Assembly: GCA_951406725.2 (NCBI GenBank)
Contig: OX597837.1
Location: 22,320,001-22,384,000, forward strand
Direction of reading: 5' to 3'
Origin: Octopus vulgaris
Taxonomy: Eukaryota
DNA length: 64,000 bases
The notes beneath the pieces were generated by a model. The model was not told where the DNA came from. It saw nothing but the letters and a program-made list of their open reading frames with translations, and ran no database searches. Numbering within the stretch: the stretch's first letter is position 1; the number at the start of each line of letters is the position of its first letter. Below, piece by piece: positions 1 through 12,889 of this stretch. A program made the translations under genes and the position numbers.

Positions 1-609
1 AAATAAACGAAAAATATAAACAATGGAATTGAAAAATTTTTTTTATTAAATGTCAATCAGTTGTTTGTTTGATGATGGTCAACAATATAATTAATTAAAA
101 AAAAAACCGAAAACAACAACGGAATGTTTTAAATAATGAAGCATTTTGAGGCAACAAAACAATGGAATATTTGGAGGGTTGGTTGGTTGGCTGGGTATAT
201 TATTGCAGGAGGGGGTAAAGCAAGGTGTGAGTTTTAGTTAAGTATTATTAAACAACAATTATCGAAGGTTACAAAAACAGGACACGAGGTCACAAAATTA
301 GGAAGCCCAGTAGTTTATTTATTGATCCTCAAAGGAGTTTCAATTCTAAGAATAGTGGGGTGGAGCTTTCTTACAGATTCTGCCAAAATTTGTGAGAAGT
401 GGTCAAGTCAATTAACCCCACCCCCACCCTGCACTTGGCTGTTACTTAAAAAAAATTATATGTACATGTCTGTCTGTATGACACGCATACACATGTACAT
501 ACATACATGCAAGCATGAATTCATACATACATACACACATACACAACTACACACACATACACACATAATGGTGACCACCTCTGGTTTCCTGATATATAAT
601 TTCCACTTT

Positions 610-832
610 TTGACCCTTTAGCATTTAAACTAGCCATATCCAGCTCAGATATATACCCTACCTGACTTATGCGTAAACTGGCCACATCTGGCCTCTCACA
701 CCTATCCTACAATGTCCTTCTAAAAATAAACAATCCCATCATCAAAGCATCATGAGAGAACACAAAATTCAAAAGCAATGTGGATAAAGAAGCATTACAA
801 TTGACAAAGTAACCTCAATGCTAAAAGGTTAT
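610..832 (+). mobile_element. piggyBac-type MITE (family A, ~225 bp), copy 1
   Basis: Degenerate TTAA-CCCTTTAGCA...TGCTAAAGGG-TTAA ends. Internal sequence is shared with eight other copies. Confidence 0.75.
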
Positions 833-834
833 GG

Positions 835-1208
835 CAGAGGTTCTGAACCACTTTTCTTCTATTGATCCCTTTAATTACTATTCTGTTCTAGTGGACTCCC
901 ATAACCATTCGACATTTAAAAATTAGATTTATGAATACAGCTTTCAAAATTCCAAATTTGTTTTTGACATGTTCACTTGTACAGATTTTTAATAGAACTT
1001 ACTGAGAGGACATGTTTCACTGGCCGGAAACATGTTAAATTATGTAAAACATTAGAGAAAGAAATTTAGCTATTTTTTGGCAATAAATATATTTAAAGCA
1101 ACATTTTTTTTTTTTGTGGACTTTCCAAATACTGCTGTGGATTGCCAATTAATTATTTTGCTTGCATGGACCCCCAAATTTTATATGGACCCTGTTTAAG
1201 AACTACTG
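835..1208. mobile_element. Degenerate hAT-like MITE
   Basis: Ends cagaggttctgaacc ... gtttaagaactactg resemble the CAGTGGTTCTCAACC-type TIRs of the 31414 copy. Confidence 0.5.
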
Positions 1209-1999
1209 GGTTAAAGTAATCAGATTTAAATTAAAACATCCCAGCATAATTCCATGAGAGGTAGCTTTTGATCAGGTATGTTCTGAGCTCCAGCTCCATA
1301 TAGAAATAAATCTAAAAAGTCAATAAATTTACTAAATCCCTCAAATATTCTTCATTATTTTCAAACTTAATGGTAACATATTGGCAGTGTAATCATTAGA
1401 AATAATGTCACAAATGGAATAAAAGGACTAGAAATGGAAAAAAAAAGTGGTGATAAAGTGGTGACCAAGGCAGAAGATCTATAAATAACATGTAGTAAAG
1501 ATGAGTTATAGAACATATGCCAATGAAGCAAAATAGGCTCAACAGAAGAACTGGGTTTGTGAAGAAAGTAAAACACAAATAAGGTAAGTTACTGCTATGG
1601 TAGGTTAACCTTAGCAGCAATGCTGCTATTCCTAAAATACATTAGAAATGCAAGATTACCCTACATGCTTTTACTGCTAATGACAAACAATGTCAGGACA
1701 AAGTTACACAAACCTTACCTCATATGAGGAGGGGACCCCTTTCTGTCATGAATGACCATGGGATTGCATCTGAAGTCACAAGTCTGGACAAAGTTTTTTT
1801 TTTGTGAAAGACCAGAAGTCACCCATGCTTACTAGTTTCTCCTCTTCACACCAAAGGAAAGGCAAAGGCCAATACAGCTTGGCACCAGTGACATTGCAAC
1901 TCATTCCTACTACTGGTGGGATTTGAGCTCAGAATGTAAAGAGCTGCAAAAATTACCACAAAGAATTTTTTTTCCGATGCTCTAATGGTTCCACCCAAA

Positions 2000-2215
2000 T
2001 AGTTTCAAATTTTGGCACAAGGCCAGCAAGTTTGGGGGAAACAATAAGTCACTTACATCAACCCCAGAGTTCCACTGGTACTTATTTTATTGATCCCAAA
2101 AGGATGAAAGACAAAGTCAACCTAAGCAGAATTTGAACTCAGAATGTAAAGACAGATGAAATGTTGGCAAGCATTTTGCTTGTTGTGTGCTAACAATTCT
2201 ACCAGCACACGCTGC
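2000..2215 (-). mobile_element. tRNA-derived SINE with conserved central domain (related pieces at ~2480-2545, 18620-18750, 23080-23200)
   Basis: Minus strand reads B-box-like gagttcaaattc, then ...gactttgtctttcatcc...aataagtaccag. Repeated in the window. Confidence 0.6.
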
Positions 2216-2668
2216 CCTATATAATGATGATGATGATGATTTCCAAGTTCAATGAGAGGGTGTTTATCAATACCACTGACCTTGACCCTAGAGGAATGAA
2301 TGGCACTGTTGGCCTTAGCAGGGACTGAACTCAGAGAACAGAGAACAAAGAATAACAAGGCATTTCATCCCACTTCAACAACTAGCAAATCACCACCTGT
2401 TACTAGGTTAATCATTTCTTACATAGCTAGAAGACCACATATTGGGGGGATGGGGGGGTTGAAGAACAGTCAACTAAATTGATTTGACTGGTACTTTATT
2501 TTCATCACACCCAGCTCCTACAAATGATTCCTAACATAGTTGCAAAGTTACAAATATTTGGAGAAGATGGGACTAGTATTTGACTGGTCCTTTCATTTTT
2601 AATCCTGGAAAGTGGGAAAATAAAGTGAGATTTGGAGTTAGAACAACATAGAGACATTATATATATAT

Positions 2669-2820
2669 GACAGGCTTCTTTCAGTTTCCATCTATCAAAT
2701 CCACTCACAAGGGTTTGATCATCCCAAGGCTATAGTAGAAAACACTTGCCCAAGGTGTCACGCATTGGGACTGAACCCAGAGCCATGTGGTTGGGAAGCA
2801 AGCTTCTTACCACACAGCCC
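2669..2820 (-). mobile_element. Octopus-type tRNA-derived SINE, 5' part
   Basis: Reverse complement of the head of the 26216-26624 copy. Confidence 0.8.
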
Positions 2821-3117
2821 CCACCACCACCACAAAGTGAGTGGCCAAATTAAAGAAAAAAGGCACGCAACACATTTAGTAGGAGTCGCATGTATTATTT
2901 AAGACAATTTGATTTGGCTCCATGCAGAACCTTGTCTCTTTCAGGTAATCTAAACCAGCAGTCTCTTTTGGTAATCTACACTTGAAAGAGACAGGTTTCT
3001 GTTAACTTTAAGGTACATGAATCTGAACCAAACTGTTATAAATAATATATATATATATATATAAGAAATTAAAAAAGGAAAATATGCACACTTACATGGT
3101 TTTAATATAATTTTTAA

Positions 3118-3154
3118 TATATCGACCGGTTTCGCTATCGCTATTCGTGATATA
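3118..3154 (-). ncRNA. Minimal type I hammerhead-ribozyme-like motif (PLE type) with variant core ACGAATA
   Basis: Minus strand: TATATC-ACGAATA-GC(GATA)GC-GAAA-CCGG-TC-GATATA. This gives a 6-bp stem I, 7-nt core, 2-bp stem II, GAAA, palindromic ACCGGT and a GUC triplet. Confidence 0.55.
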
Positions 3155-3946
3155 ATGTTTAATTTATATGAATATATATTTTTTCTTAAGAAATTTGGTC
3201 CATGTTGTGTGTGATTAAATTCATGAGTGAATGATTTCACAAGTAGACATGTTGAATAAATGAGATTTAAAAAAAAAAAAGAAATCTTATCTTGGAGTTG
3301 AGAGAGGGAGAGAGAGCGTGGGCAATTCAAATAAACAAAAACAAATCTTGTGAGGTAAAGAAATTTGATTTTGAAGATAGAAATGGTTAAATTAATAGAG
3401 AGGTAAAAGTGATGGTGGTTAGAGTGTGGAGGCAGAGGGGATTAGATGTGAAGACGGAGGTAGAAGAGGTTTGAAAGAAATACATATAAAAAAATTCATA
3501 TAAATTCATATAAATTCACATAAATTCTCAAAAGGCCTGGTTCAGATTTTTGCTATGGAAATAAGATGTTTAGAAACAAAGAAATGTTAGTAGCAACAAC
3601 ACATTCTGAGAGTCAGGTGCCACTCTGCCTCTGCCAGAATGAAAACTTTGTAAAATAAGCCTGAAGCAGGTGATATTTAACACGAAACAGTCACAGAGAT
3701 CTGGGAGAACCAGACAAGACTGGTAAAGGAAGGGCTGGAGTGACTGATTAGTAAATAATTTCATTAGGCTAAACATTAACGCCACAGATAAATAACTTAA
3801 CACGTAATTCATTATAACCCAACTTTTCTCTTCAAATTCCTCATTAAGTCAATACCAAATTACATTGTCTATTTGCCTTAATTAAATTCCATTGTTTTGA
3901 ATTTTTTCTTTTTTTTTTTCTCAATCATTATACAAAACACAATTTC

Positions 3947-4180
3947 AAACAGTAACCGCTCGACAACGTAAAGTATACTAGCCATCTCAATATGGCTAAC
4001 CACTAAGGGTGGGTGTTACTGTAGCTTTTAGCCCCAGGAGATCATCGTCTCCAAAGTGTGCCTAAAGCCAGCTGGAGACGATGATCTCCTGGGGCTAAAA
4101 GCTACAGTAACACCCACCCTTAGTAGTTAGCCATATTGAGATGGCTGAGTATACTTTACGTTGTCGAGCGGTTACTGTTT
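3947..4180. repeat. Near-perfect foldback: ~107-bp arms, 19-nt loop
   Basis: 3947-4053 is the reverse complement of 4073-4180 with 1 mismatch and 1 indel. AATTTCAAACAG occurs at 3941-3952 and 4210-4221. Confidence 0.95.
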
Positions 4181-4429
4181 ACATCTCGTTCAGAGATTTA
4201 TTATTGCTTAATTTCAAACAGCTTTTACTGAAATTAATTGAGTTTTTACCTGATGTGTTTTGGATACCTGTCTCAGGAACTGATTTACTCATTTGAGCGC
4301 AACTATTTGAATGATCAGCACCGGAAATTTATATTCTATATCACACTGTGTCAATAACAGCGCCATTGGTTACAGTACTCCAATGGGTCAATCAGTCACT
4401 GATTCACTGGATTTACAGTGATGAGAGTG

Positions 4430-4805
4430 ACAACAGATTGTCTTTGCAACTTGGGTGCAATAAATAGCAAAAGGGCTTGCCTGGCTCTCTATCAGTTACA
4501 ATGACAAGTGTTCAAGTCGATCCGATCAACGGAACAGCCTGGTCATGAAGTTAACACGCAAGTGGCTGAGCACGCTGTAAGCATTTACCCTTAATGCAAT
4601 TCTCAAGAAGATTCAGCTTGACATAGAGTGTGACAAAGCTGGCCCTTTTGAATTACAGGTACAGCTCATTTTTGCCAGCTGAATGGACTGGAGCAATGTG
4701 AAATAAGGTGTTTCACTCAAGGGCACAACACACCACCTGGAATTGAACTCACAACCTTACAAACATGAACCAAATACCTTAACCATTAAGTCATGCACCT
4801 TCACT
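4430..4805 (-). mobile_element. Second tRNA-derived SINE family (other pieces 5800-5925 -, 22850-23060 +, 38780-38910 +)
   Basis: Shared segment ...cttgagcaaaacacttcatttca.gttgctccagt.cac... and head gtggttagggtatt.g..tcatgattgtaag. Confidence 0.65.
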
Positions 4806-4868
4806 TAAAAAGGCTTTATATTTATTGAAACCATTGGTCCATTGCCTTTTCCACAAATCTTTAGACAA

Positions 4869-6555
4869 CACTAGGCAACAAAGATTTTTGTTACAGAAGG
4901 CCAAATAGGTGTTTCTAGCTAATTTTCTGCAAACTGATTTCAAATCTATAATCAGATTGTTTCTATCACGTTTAGATTTTGTGTAAAATGCAAATCACTT
5001 AGTTAAATTTCCTACCATGTCCAGATTTTGGTTTTAATCATCTTAATATGCCAGTATAATATGAAACTTGCTTTCCAAGGTTAAAGTAATTTTTGCTTAT
5101 CAACTATGTACAAATTCTAATGATTTTGATCAATAAAATTTATCCCGAGTAGTAACAGCCCAATGACCAGTCGCTACGTGACAGTCAAGTAGAGTGGTTA
5201 TTGAAGACAGCAGTTCATCAGAAAATTCAGCTAGTGATATAGAAATAGGGATAGATGGTATATATGTTCCAGATGTAATTAGTTCCCCACATTTGTTCAG
5301 TCAAGAGGATCTTAAATGACTTAGTGCGCGATTTGAAATTACCAAAAGAAAAAGCAGAGTTCAAGAATGGAATCAGCCAAATTTCCCATTTCCACCATCG
5401 CCATCTGCAGTTTTCCTCATTTTACTTACAGGAGGAAAGCATTTGTTTTCACTATGATCCAAAAGAATGGAGACTGTTCATTAAAGCTAGCCTTAAAGTT
5501 GTATTGCACAATGGCAATGAAAAACCTTCAATATCTGTAGCACATGCCACTGGCCATAATAAAACTTATGAATCAATGGAATTGCTGCTAAGACTTGTCA
5601 AATATAAGGACCGTATATGTAATATTTGTGGTGACCTTAAAGTCGTATAATTTCTTTTTGGGTTACAGTTGGGCTACACAAAGAATATGTGCTTTTTGTG
5701 TCTATGCAACAGCAAAGATAAGAACCACTATGAAAGACATGATCAGCCATCTAGAACTGAACATGCTGTTGGTAAACACAATGTGAAACACCCAGCACTT
5801 GTGGACTAGAGCAATGTGAAATGAAGTATTTTGCTCAAGAGCATAACATGTTACCTGTCTAGAAATCGAAACCACAATCTTACAATCATGAGTCCAACAC
5901 CCTAACCACTGAGCCATGTGCCTCTACTTCTTTACTTTACTATCTAATTTAAATGAGAATAAACTAGGAACATGGACATCTTTTGATGAAGTTGTAAAAA
6001 ATTTTCTTGGAAACAACAAAGTTGAAAACCATCATGAACTTGTAGAAAACATGCTTACATTTTGTGAAAAAATGGGATGCAGAATGTCTTTAAAAATGCA
6101 TTTTTTTACATTCTCATCTTGACTTCTTGGCTAACCTTGGGGCTGTGAGTGGTGAGCTTCTACCAACAGATCTATCTCAGTTATGGAAAACACATACAAA
6201 AGAAATTTCAACCCAAATACAATGGGAGAACATTGTCATCCTACAAGTGATAAAGGAAGAGGAAACACCAAAGTTTCGCTTAAGAACAGGAAATTGCCTT
6301 TTGGTAGTAACAACAAAATACTAACACATTTTGGGTGGATGATTGAGCGCAGGGGTGGTGCCGACAGAAAAAGGAGGAAAGACATCGCTGTTCACTAATT
6401 ATTTAAGAATAATTAACATAAAACATGGCACAAGCGAGTGAGAAAAAATGAAAAATAGGAGTTTACAGTTCCACAAAATCTGGACATGATAGACAAATTT
6501 AGATATCAGATTTAAAATTAGCACCAAAAATTTGGTAGGAATCAGTAAGCCATAC
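4869..6555 (+). mobile_element. Decayed Chapaev3-type (CMC superfamily) DNA transposon, interrupted by a SINE piece
   Basis: Broken transposase motifs LVRDLKLPKEKAE, WRLFI..ASLKVVLHNGNEKPSI, ICGDLKVV..LGLQLGYTKNMCFLC, VVKNFLGNNK, MGCRMSLKMHF, NLGAVS. CACTAGG 5' end and subterminal inverted repeats. Contains frameshifts and stops. Confidence 0.75.
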
Positions 6556-7657
6556 ATATGTATATCATATATAAATCTATATATATATATATGTAACACA
6601 CACACAACAGGTTTCCGTAGAGTTTAGCCTACCAAATCCACTCATAAGGCATTGGTCAACCTAAGGTTATTGTAGAAGATACTTGTCCAAGATGTTGTGC
6701 AGATGGTGCTGAACTGAGAACCATGTGATTGTGAAGCAAAGTTCTAAACCATAGGAATTGTTCTACTTCTGAACATGGATCCTTCAGACAATGAGAACTT
6801 GCACAGAAACAGTATTTTTTTTTTGTTTTTTAATATTTAATTTTATGTACTTAACAATCATCAAAAAAAAGTTATATTTATTTCATCTAGTTCAAATCAA
6901 AACAAGCAGAGGCCCCAATATTTAAGTTATGTGTTAGTAACGAAAATGGGTTCTGACATTTTCAAAGCAATCACTTGCAGAGGTGATTGCTTGTAGAGGA
7001 ATCAACAACAAATAGAACAAACACAACAGGGAATGAAATATGAAATGAAAAATTTTAAAGTGAAAATATAAATCCTATTATAAATCTATAAAACAAACAA
7101 AAAGGCATTTTCTTTTAAATAACAGAAAATAAAAGGAAAACGAAAAAAAAATTTTAAAGCTTTAAAAAATGTAAAGCTTCTGATAATTTTGATTAAACAC
7201 TTTATAATTTTTATTTTTTCTCAATTATTTCATTTTTTTTTTTCCTCTCCCCCACAAGGATTTGTTTGCCTGAGATTGTTTTGAGAGAGAGAAAGAGAAC
7301 ATTGTGATCCTCTCCTCTCCATTTCAGCAATGTTTCTTCCTCAGAAACTACACAAAGCTTATGCCTGAAAGGAAACAAGGGAGAAAAGAAAAAAAAAAAA
7401 GAAAAAAAAAACGAAATAAGAAAAACATTTTTTTTTTTTTTTTGGTTTAAATACACAACAGCTGGGAGTTAAGAGGAAGGAGAATGCTGGAGGGTAGGGA
7501 ATGCGTTCTTAGTAAAATAGCTATTTTGTTAGTCTAAAAGGTAACACGGCATCAAACATTTGAATTACATAGCAAATTCATTCCTGATATAAAAGCAAAT
7601 AGAAATGCCATACCTACAATCACATTGTATAACAAAAGTTTAATTTTTATTTTTTTT

Positions 7658-8083
7658 GTCTTTGGGTAGTAAGAGTTATTTCCTATTTGCTTCTGTCTAG
7701 AAATCGAACAAAATTACTACCATTCCCTCCAAACTTTGTTTTTCCAACCTGAACATCAATATTTTTAAACTGACCTTATTTTTCATTACATTTCAGACAG
7801 ATTCTGCATTGAGTTGCTGAAGCAGAAATATCGTTATAGCAAATATTCTGTTCAACACCACAGATTTACTTGTTAGTGGCTTGACCATAACCACTTGAGC
7901 ATGTCCCTCAGTGCCTGGCAATATGTGCATCCCTGATCATGAGCAGGAATAGGGGAGCATCATAGCCATGTGTTGAGAGGAATTCTTTGGGGGTTTCAAT
8001 ATAAATGTAGCAAAAGCAACATCTGAAGGAAATATTAGCCATTTTTCATACTTTCTAGGAAATAACAGTTGCTACCCAAGGAC
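7658..8083. mobile_element. TIR MITE with nested insertion; second copy at ~13680-14070
   Basis: Inverted ends gtctttgggtagtaagagttatttcc / ggaaataacagttgctacccaaggac. Body shared with the 13680 copy (…ttgagttgctgaagcagaa…). Confidence 0.7.
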
Positions 8084-8339
8084 AAAAATCAAGTTACACC
8101 ATGTTATCAATGGCACTAAAAAGGTGTCAATGATAACTACACTCACTCTCCCATACACACACACACATTGCATCCCCTCATTTCAAGGGATGCAGCACGG
8201 TGCATGTGAACTATTTTGGAAAAAGAACATAGAAGTCACTGGCAAATATAACTAGATGCTGAGCAGATGGAACAGTCCAGTTAGTGAATGACTGCTATCA
8301 TCTGTCAGTCATGGTGTGCAAAGATGAGACATTCAACTA

Positions 8340-8662
8340 TTTGACTGCAAACAGGCTGGGGTACCATCTTGAAGAATTTTTAGTCGGAGGAATTGAACCC
8401 AGGACTTATTGTTACTGAGACGTAAACAACACCAGTTGTCAAACAGTGGTGGGGAATGTCCTCAGACTCAAAGATACGCATGCATACATACACACACACA
8501 CGATGGGATTCCTTCAGTTTCTGTCTTCCAAATCCACTCACAAAGCTTTGGTCAGCCCAAATCTATAGTTGAAGATGTTTGCCCATGGTGCCATGCAGTG
8601 AAAATGAACTCAGAACCATGTGGTTGGGAAGTAATACTTCTTACCACACAGTCACGCCTGCA
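8340..8662 (-). mobile_element. Octopus-type tRNA-derived SINE
   Basis: Diverged reverse complement of the 26216 copy. Confidence 0.75.
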
Positions 8663-8665
8663 ACT

Positions 8666-8855
8666 ATATGTATATACATACACACACACACATATATACA
8701 TACATACATATATACATACACACGCACACATATATACATACATACATATATACATACACACACACATATATATACATACATATATACATACACACACACA
8801 CATATACATACATATATACATACACACACACACATATATACATACATATATACAT

Positions 8856-8904
<49 letters not shown>

Positions 8905-9189
8905 TACATATATATATATATACATACATACACACACACACATATATATACATACATACATATATATGCACATATATATACATACATAAGCATATATGTG
9001 TATATATATATATACACACACATACAAATACATTAATATACATATATATATATATACATACATATATATATACATACACATACATACGTATATATATACA
9101 TACATACATTACATATGTATATATATACATACATACATTACATATGTATATATATACATATTATATACATTATATATATATATATATAC

Positions 9190-9269
<80 letters not shown>

Positions 9270-9298
9270 GTGTATATATATATATATATACACACATA

Positions 9299-9347
<49 letters not shown>

Positions 9348-9350
9348 GTG

Positions 9351-9382
<32 letters not shown>

Positions 9383-9418
9383 GTGTATATATATATATAT
9401 ATACACATATGTATATAC

Positions 9419-9458
<40 letters not shown>

Positions 9459-9770
9459 ATGTATATATATATATATATATATACATATTGTTATATACAC
9501 ACATATTATATATATATATATACACACACATAACACATATATACATATGTGTATATATATATACATATACATATATATATATACATACATATACATATGT
9601 GTATATATATATATACACACATATACATATGTATACATACACGTATATACACACATATATATACATATATACATACATATACATATATTCATACATATAC
9701 ATATATATATATACACATATATATTTATAAACACACATATATATATACATACATACACACACACACACAC
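8666..9770. repeat. 1.1-kb compound (TA)/(CA)/(TACA) microsatellite
   Basis: Directly visible. Source of the long Y/I/H/T ORFs in the track. Confidence 0.98.
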
Positions 9771-11409
9771 AATCATTGACACCAAAACGATGTCAAAGAT
9801 AACCACAGCTAGATAGATTAGTCTCTAAAAGTTGCTTAGTGTTGAAGCGAATGATATCTACTGATTGTGCAGATAATGGAAAAACATACTCCAAGTCTGA
9901 CAGAAAACACAAAATAATTTCAAAGTCTGCAATAAAGAAGCAGGTAAAACGAGCCTAGAAACAGTTATTTCATTCACTTACAATCTGATTGGTCTATTTC
10001 TAACAGTAGCTACAATTCTTGTGGTGCCATTAACGGAAATGAAACGAGAGAGGAATAGGAGGGGGAGATGCAAATATTATCAAAAGTCATTGCAGTTTTT
10101 AAAAATCAACTCAGTTGGAGGGCAACATGTGTTCTGCTAGATACTTGAGGAAAATTTAATGTTAGAACAAAGTGAAACTTAATCTCGAGAGAGAAACAGA
10201 ATTATTTCTACATTATGAAAAGGAAAACAAAAGAGGGAGAAAATGAACGCCCTGATAATTTATAATTCAACATCCTGATAAATTATAACTTCTTCAAATA
10301 AAACCTTCAATAAGGTATCTCACAGGCAGAGGTGTACGTGTGAAGCTAAAATTGTATTCCTAGCTCTATTAATACATTTGTAAGTTTACTACTATATTGC
10401 TAAAATTTACTACTGTAAACTGCAGTAGCTGTTGTGTGGAACTCAGAAGTTATTTTATTGGTTTCTAGTGAGTGCCAGGTTCTATTCCTTCCACAAGATA
10501 AACACCAGTTGGACTAGAATCAATGACAACCACTGGAATTCATCTTTCATTTAGTTATCACAAAGGAAAATGAAGTTTCACAGTGGCCTTGTAGCCTTTT
10601 ATGATGAGGGAAAGAGTAACCTGTAGTAAAGATTGTTTGCCAACATAACATGGCAGTCCTGGTTTAGGAGGAATATTGCTGTAATTTAGCCCTAGGAGAC
10701 ATCATCTCCAACTGGCTATATGACACGATCTGTGTCCTTTCTCTCTTTTGTTTTTTTTCTTTTCATAATGTAGAAATGTTGGAATATATTTTTCCATTAT
10801 TTGCATAATCAGTAGATATCATTACTTTTAGAGACTAATCTATCTGTAACCTGTTTCAATAACCATAGCATAGAGATATTTGTCATTGAGAAAACATTAA
10901 ATTAACATATTTAATATACTAATAATTGAAACTTATTAAAATTTTCAAAAAGTAGGAAACTGAGCAATTGCTTTAGTATTTCCAGCTTCCAAATAAAATA
11001 TCTGCTGATCTGTCTGTATTTCCAGCTCATGGACTGGAAATACTTCATTTGTTCACTTTGAATTTCATTAATGTTGGACTGCCTTGAAAACATTGTGTTA
11101 ACATATTTTTGGAAATATTAATTTTAATGATTTTCTATATCCGTATATGTTAATACAGTACAAACAATTGTTGGCTTTATAAGGTGAATCTAACAATAAA
11201 GATCTGATTTTTCTCCATACATATATTTTGTTGTCAAATACTCTGAATTCTTCTAAAAGATATTTGGATCGAATTTTCATACATGAGGATTTACCTTGGA
11301 TGTGTATTCAACTTACATTTACTGGTGTCTGATTGTTGGATATAGTTAACCAAATTTTGAGTGCTTTATTGATATCTACCTGGATTGTTTAATCCTATTT
11401 TTTTCTTTT

Positions 11410-11451
<42 letters not shown>

Positions 11452-11454
<3 letters not shown>

Positions 11455-11607
11455 TCTCTCCTTGTTTTTTTTCTGTGTATCTTTCTGTCGAAGAGCGTAG
11501 GCTCGAAACATAAAAGACTTTTTCTATTCCTGAGCGCTATACTAATACATTTATTTGTTTGTACTCCACCTGCCTTCGTCTTTTGTTTATTTTCGTAAAC
11601 TTTCCCT
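11452..11607 (+). mobile_element. Short (TA)n-embedded PLE-derived element carrying a hammerhead-like motif at 11480-11517
   Basis: TCTTT-CTGTCGA-A-GAGC(GTAG)GCTC-GAAA-CAT-A-AAAGA, flanked by (TA)n on both sides. Relatives at 45705-45872 (+) and 55540-55593 (-). Confidence 0.6.
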
Positions 11608-11699
11608 ATATATATATACATATATAAGTTCTCAAATAGGTGTGCATACATACACACATCACACAGATAAACACACACAAACATATTCTTTTTCTTTTA

Positions 11700-12025
11700 T
11701 TCTTTTATTTGTTTCAGTCATTTGACCATGGCCATGTTCAAGCACTGGTTTTAGTTGAACAAACCGACCCCAAGACTTATTCTTTGTAAGCCTAGTACTT
11801 ATTCTATCAGTCTCTTTTGCCAAACTGCTAAGTTATGATGGTGAGGAGACAAACATATATATATATATGATGGGATTCTTTCAGTTTCTATCTACCAAAT
11901 CCACTCACAAGGCTTTAGTCAGCCCAAAGCGATATTAGAACACACTTGCCAAAGGTTCCATGGAGTGGGACTGAACCCAAAACCATGTGGTTGGGAATCA
12001 AGCTACTTACCACACAGCCATGCCT
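11700..12025 (-). mobile_element. Octopus-type tRNA-derived SINE
   Basis: Reverse complement of the 26216 copy, including head and 3' tail. Confidence 0.8.
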
Positions 12026-12789
12026 AATTTTAGGAAGTTAAAAGTTACAGTCAGTCATAGAGTGGCCATTGGCTGGAGTGACTAATGTTTTAAAGTGCTT
12101 CTTTTTCCAATATATGAACTACTGACAGTATATATATATATATAAATATATATCATCATCATTATATATTATACCCCTCATTAACAGGAGTAAAACAGAA
12201 TAGACATCTTCCAATGTCAAGCTCAATAGATATTACTAAAACCAAATGTAATATTATTGTACTTTTATTTATGCAAATGATCAGACAACAGCTGTTTCAA
12301 CTTAAGGGCTTCTCAAGTGTGATGTGATATATATTTTAAAGTATTAATCACACATCTATATAAGAATTGGACTGCCTGTTTCAACTTGAAACTTTCTAAA
12401 TAATGCCATGAAATTTATATCACACTTCATAAGATCTTCAGCTGAAATAACCATAGTATAATTATTTGTGTTTGTGTATGCGTGTGCATGCATGTGCATA
12501 TGTGTATGTTACAGAACTTTAAGGACCTTGAGCCTTCCTGATATATACATATATACAGTAAAAAGCTTCCAGCTGTAAAAACCATGCCAAAACTGACCCT
12601 GCCTGTGCTAGCGCCATGTAAAAAGCACTCAGCCTACTCTGCAGGGTGGTTGGTGTTAGGAGGGGCATCCAACTGTAAAAACTGTACCAAAAACAGACAC
12701 ACTGGTGTGGTCTTCTACCTGGCCAGCTCCTGTCAAACTGTCCAACCCATGCCAGCATGGAAGGCAGCTGTTAAACGACAATGATGATG

Positions 12790-12823
<34 letters not shown>

Positions 12824-12889
12824 GAGGAAGGAAGAAGGTCCCTGAGTTTTGTAATGCTAATAATTCAATTTGTTATTCTAACTTCTGGA

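Noticed and set aside
8409-9816. Long ORFs of up to 374 aa rich in Y/I/H/T/M/C/V (also near 42.6k, 47k, 52k, 54.5k, 56.3k, 61k)
   Set aside because: Translations of (TA)/(CA) microsatellites, which lack stop codons. Not genes.
10911-11390. Minus-strand short ORFs as the next DOT1L exon
   Set aside because: No similarity to the expected LG(I/V)xA... coiled-coil continuation, and no clean splice sites.
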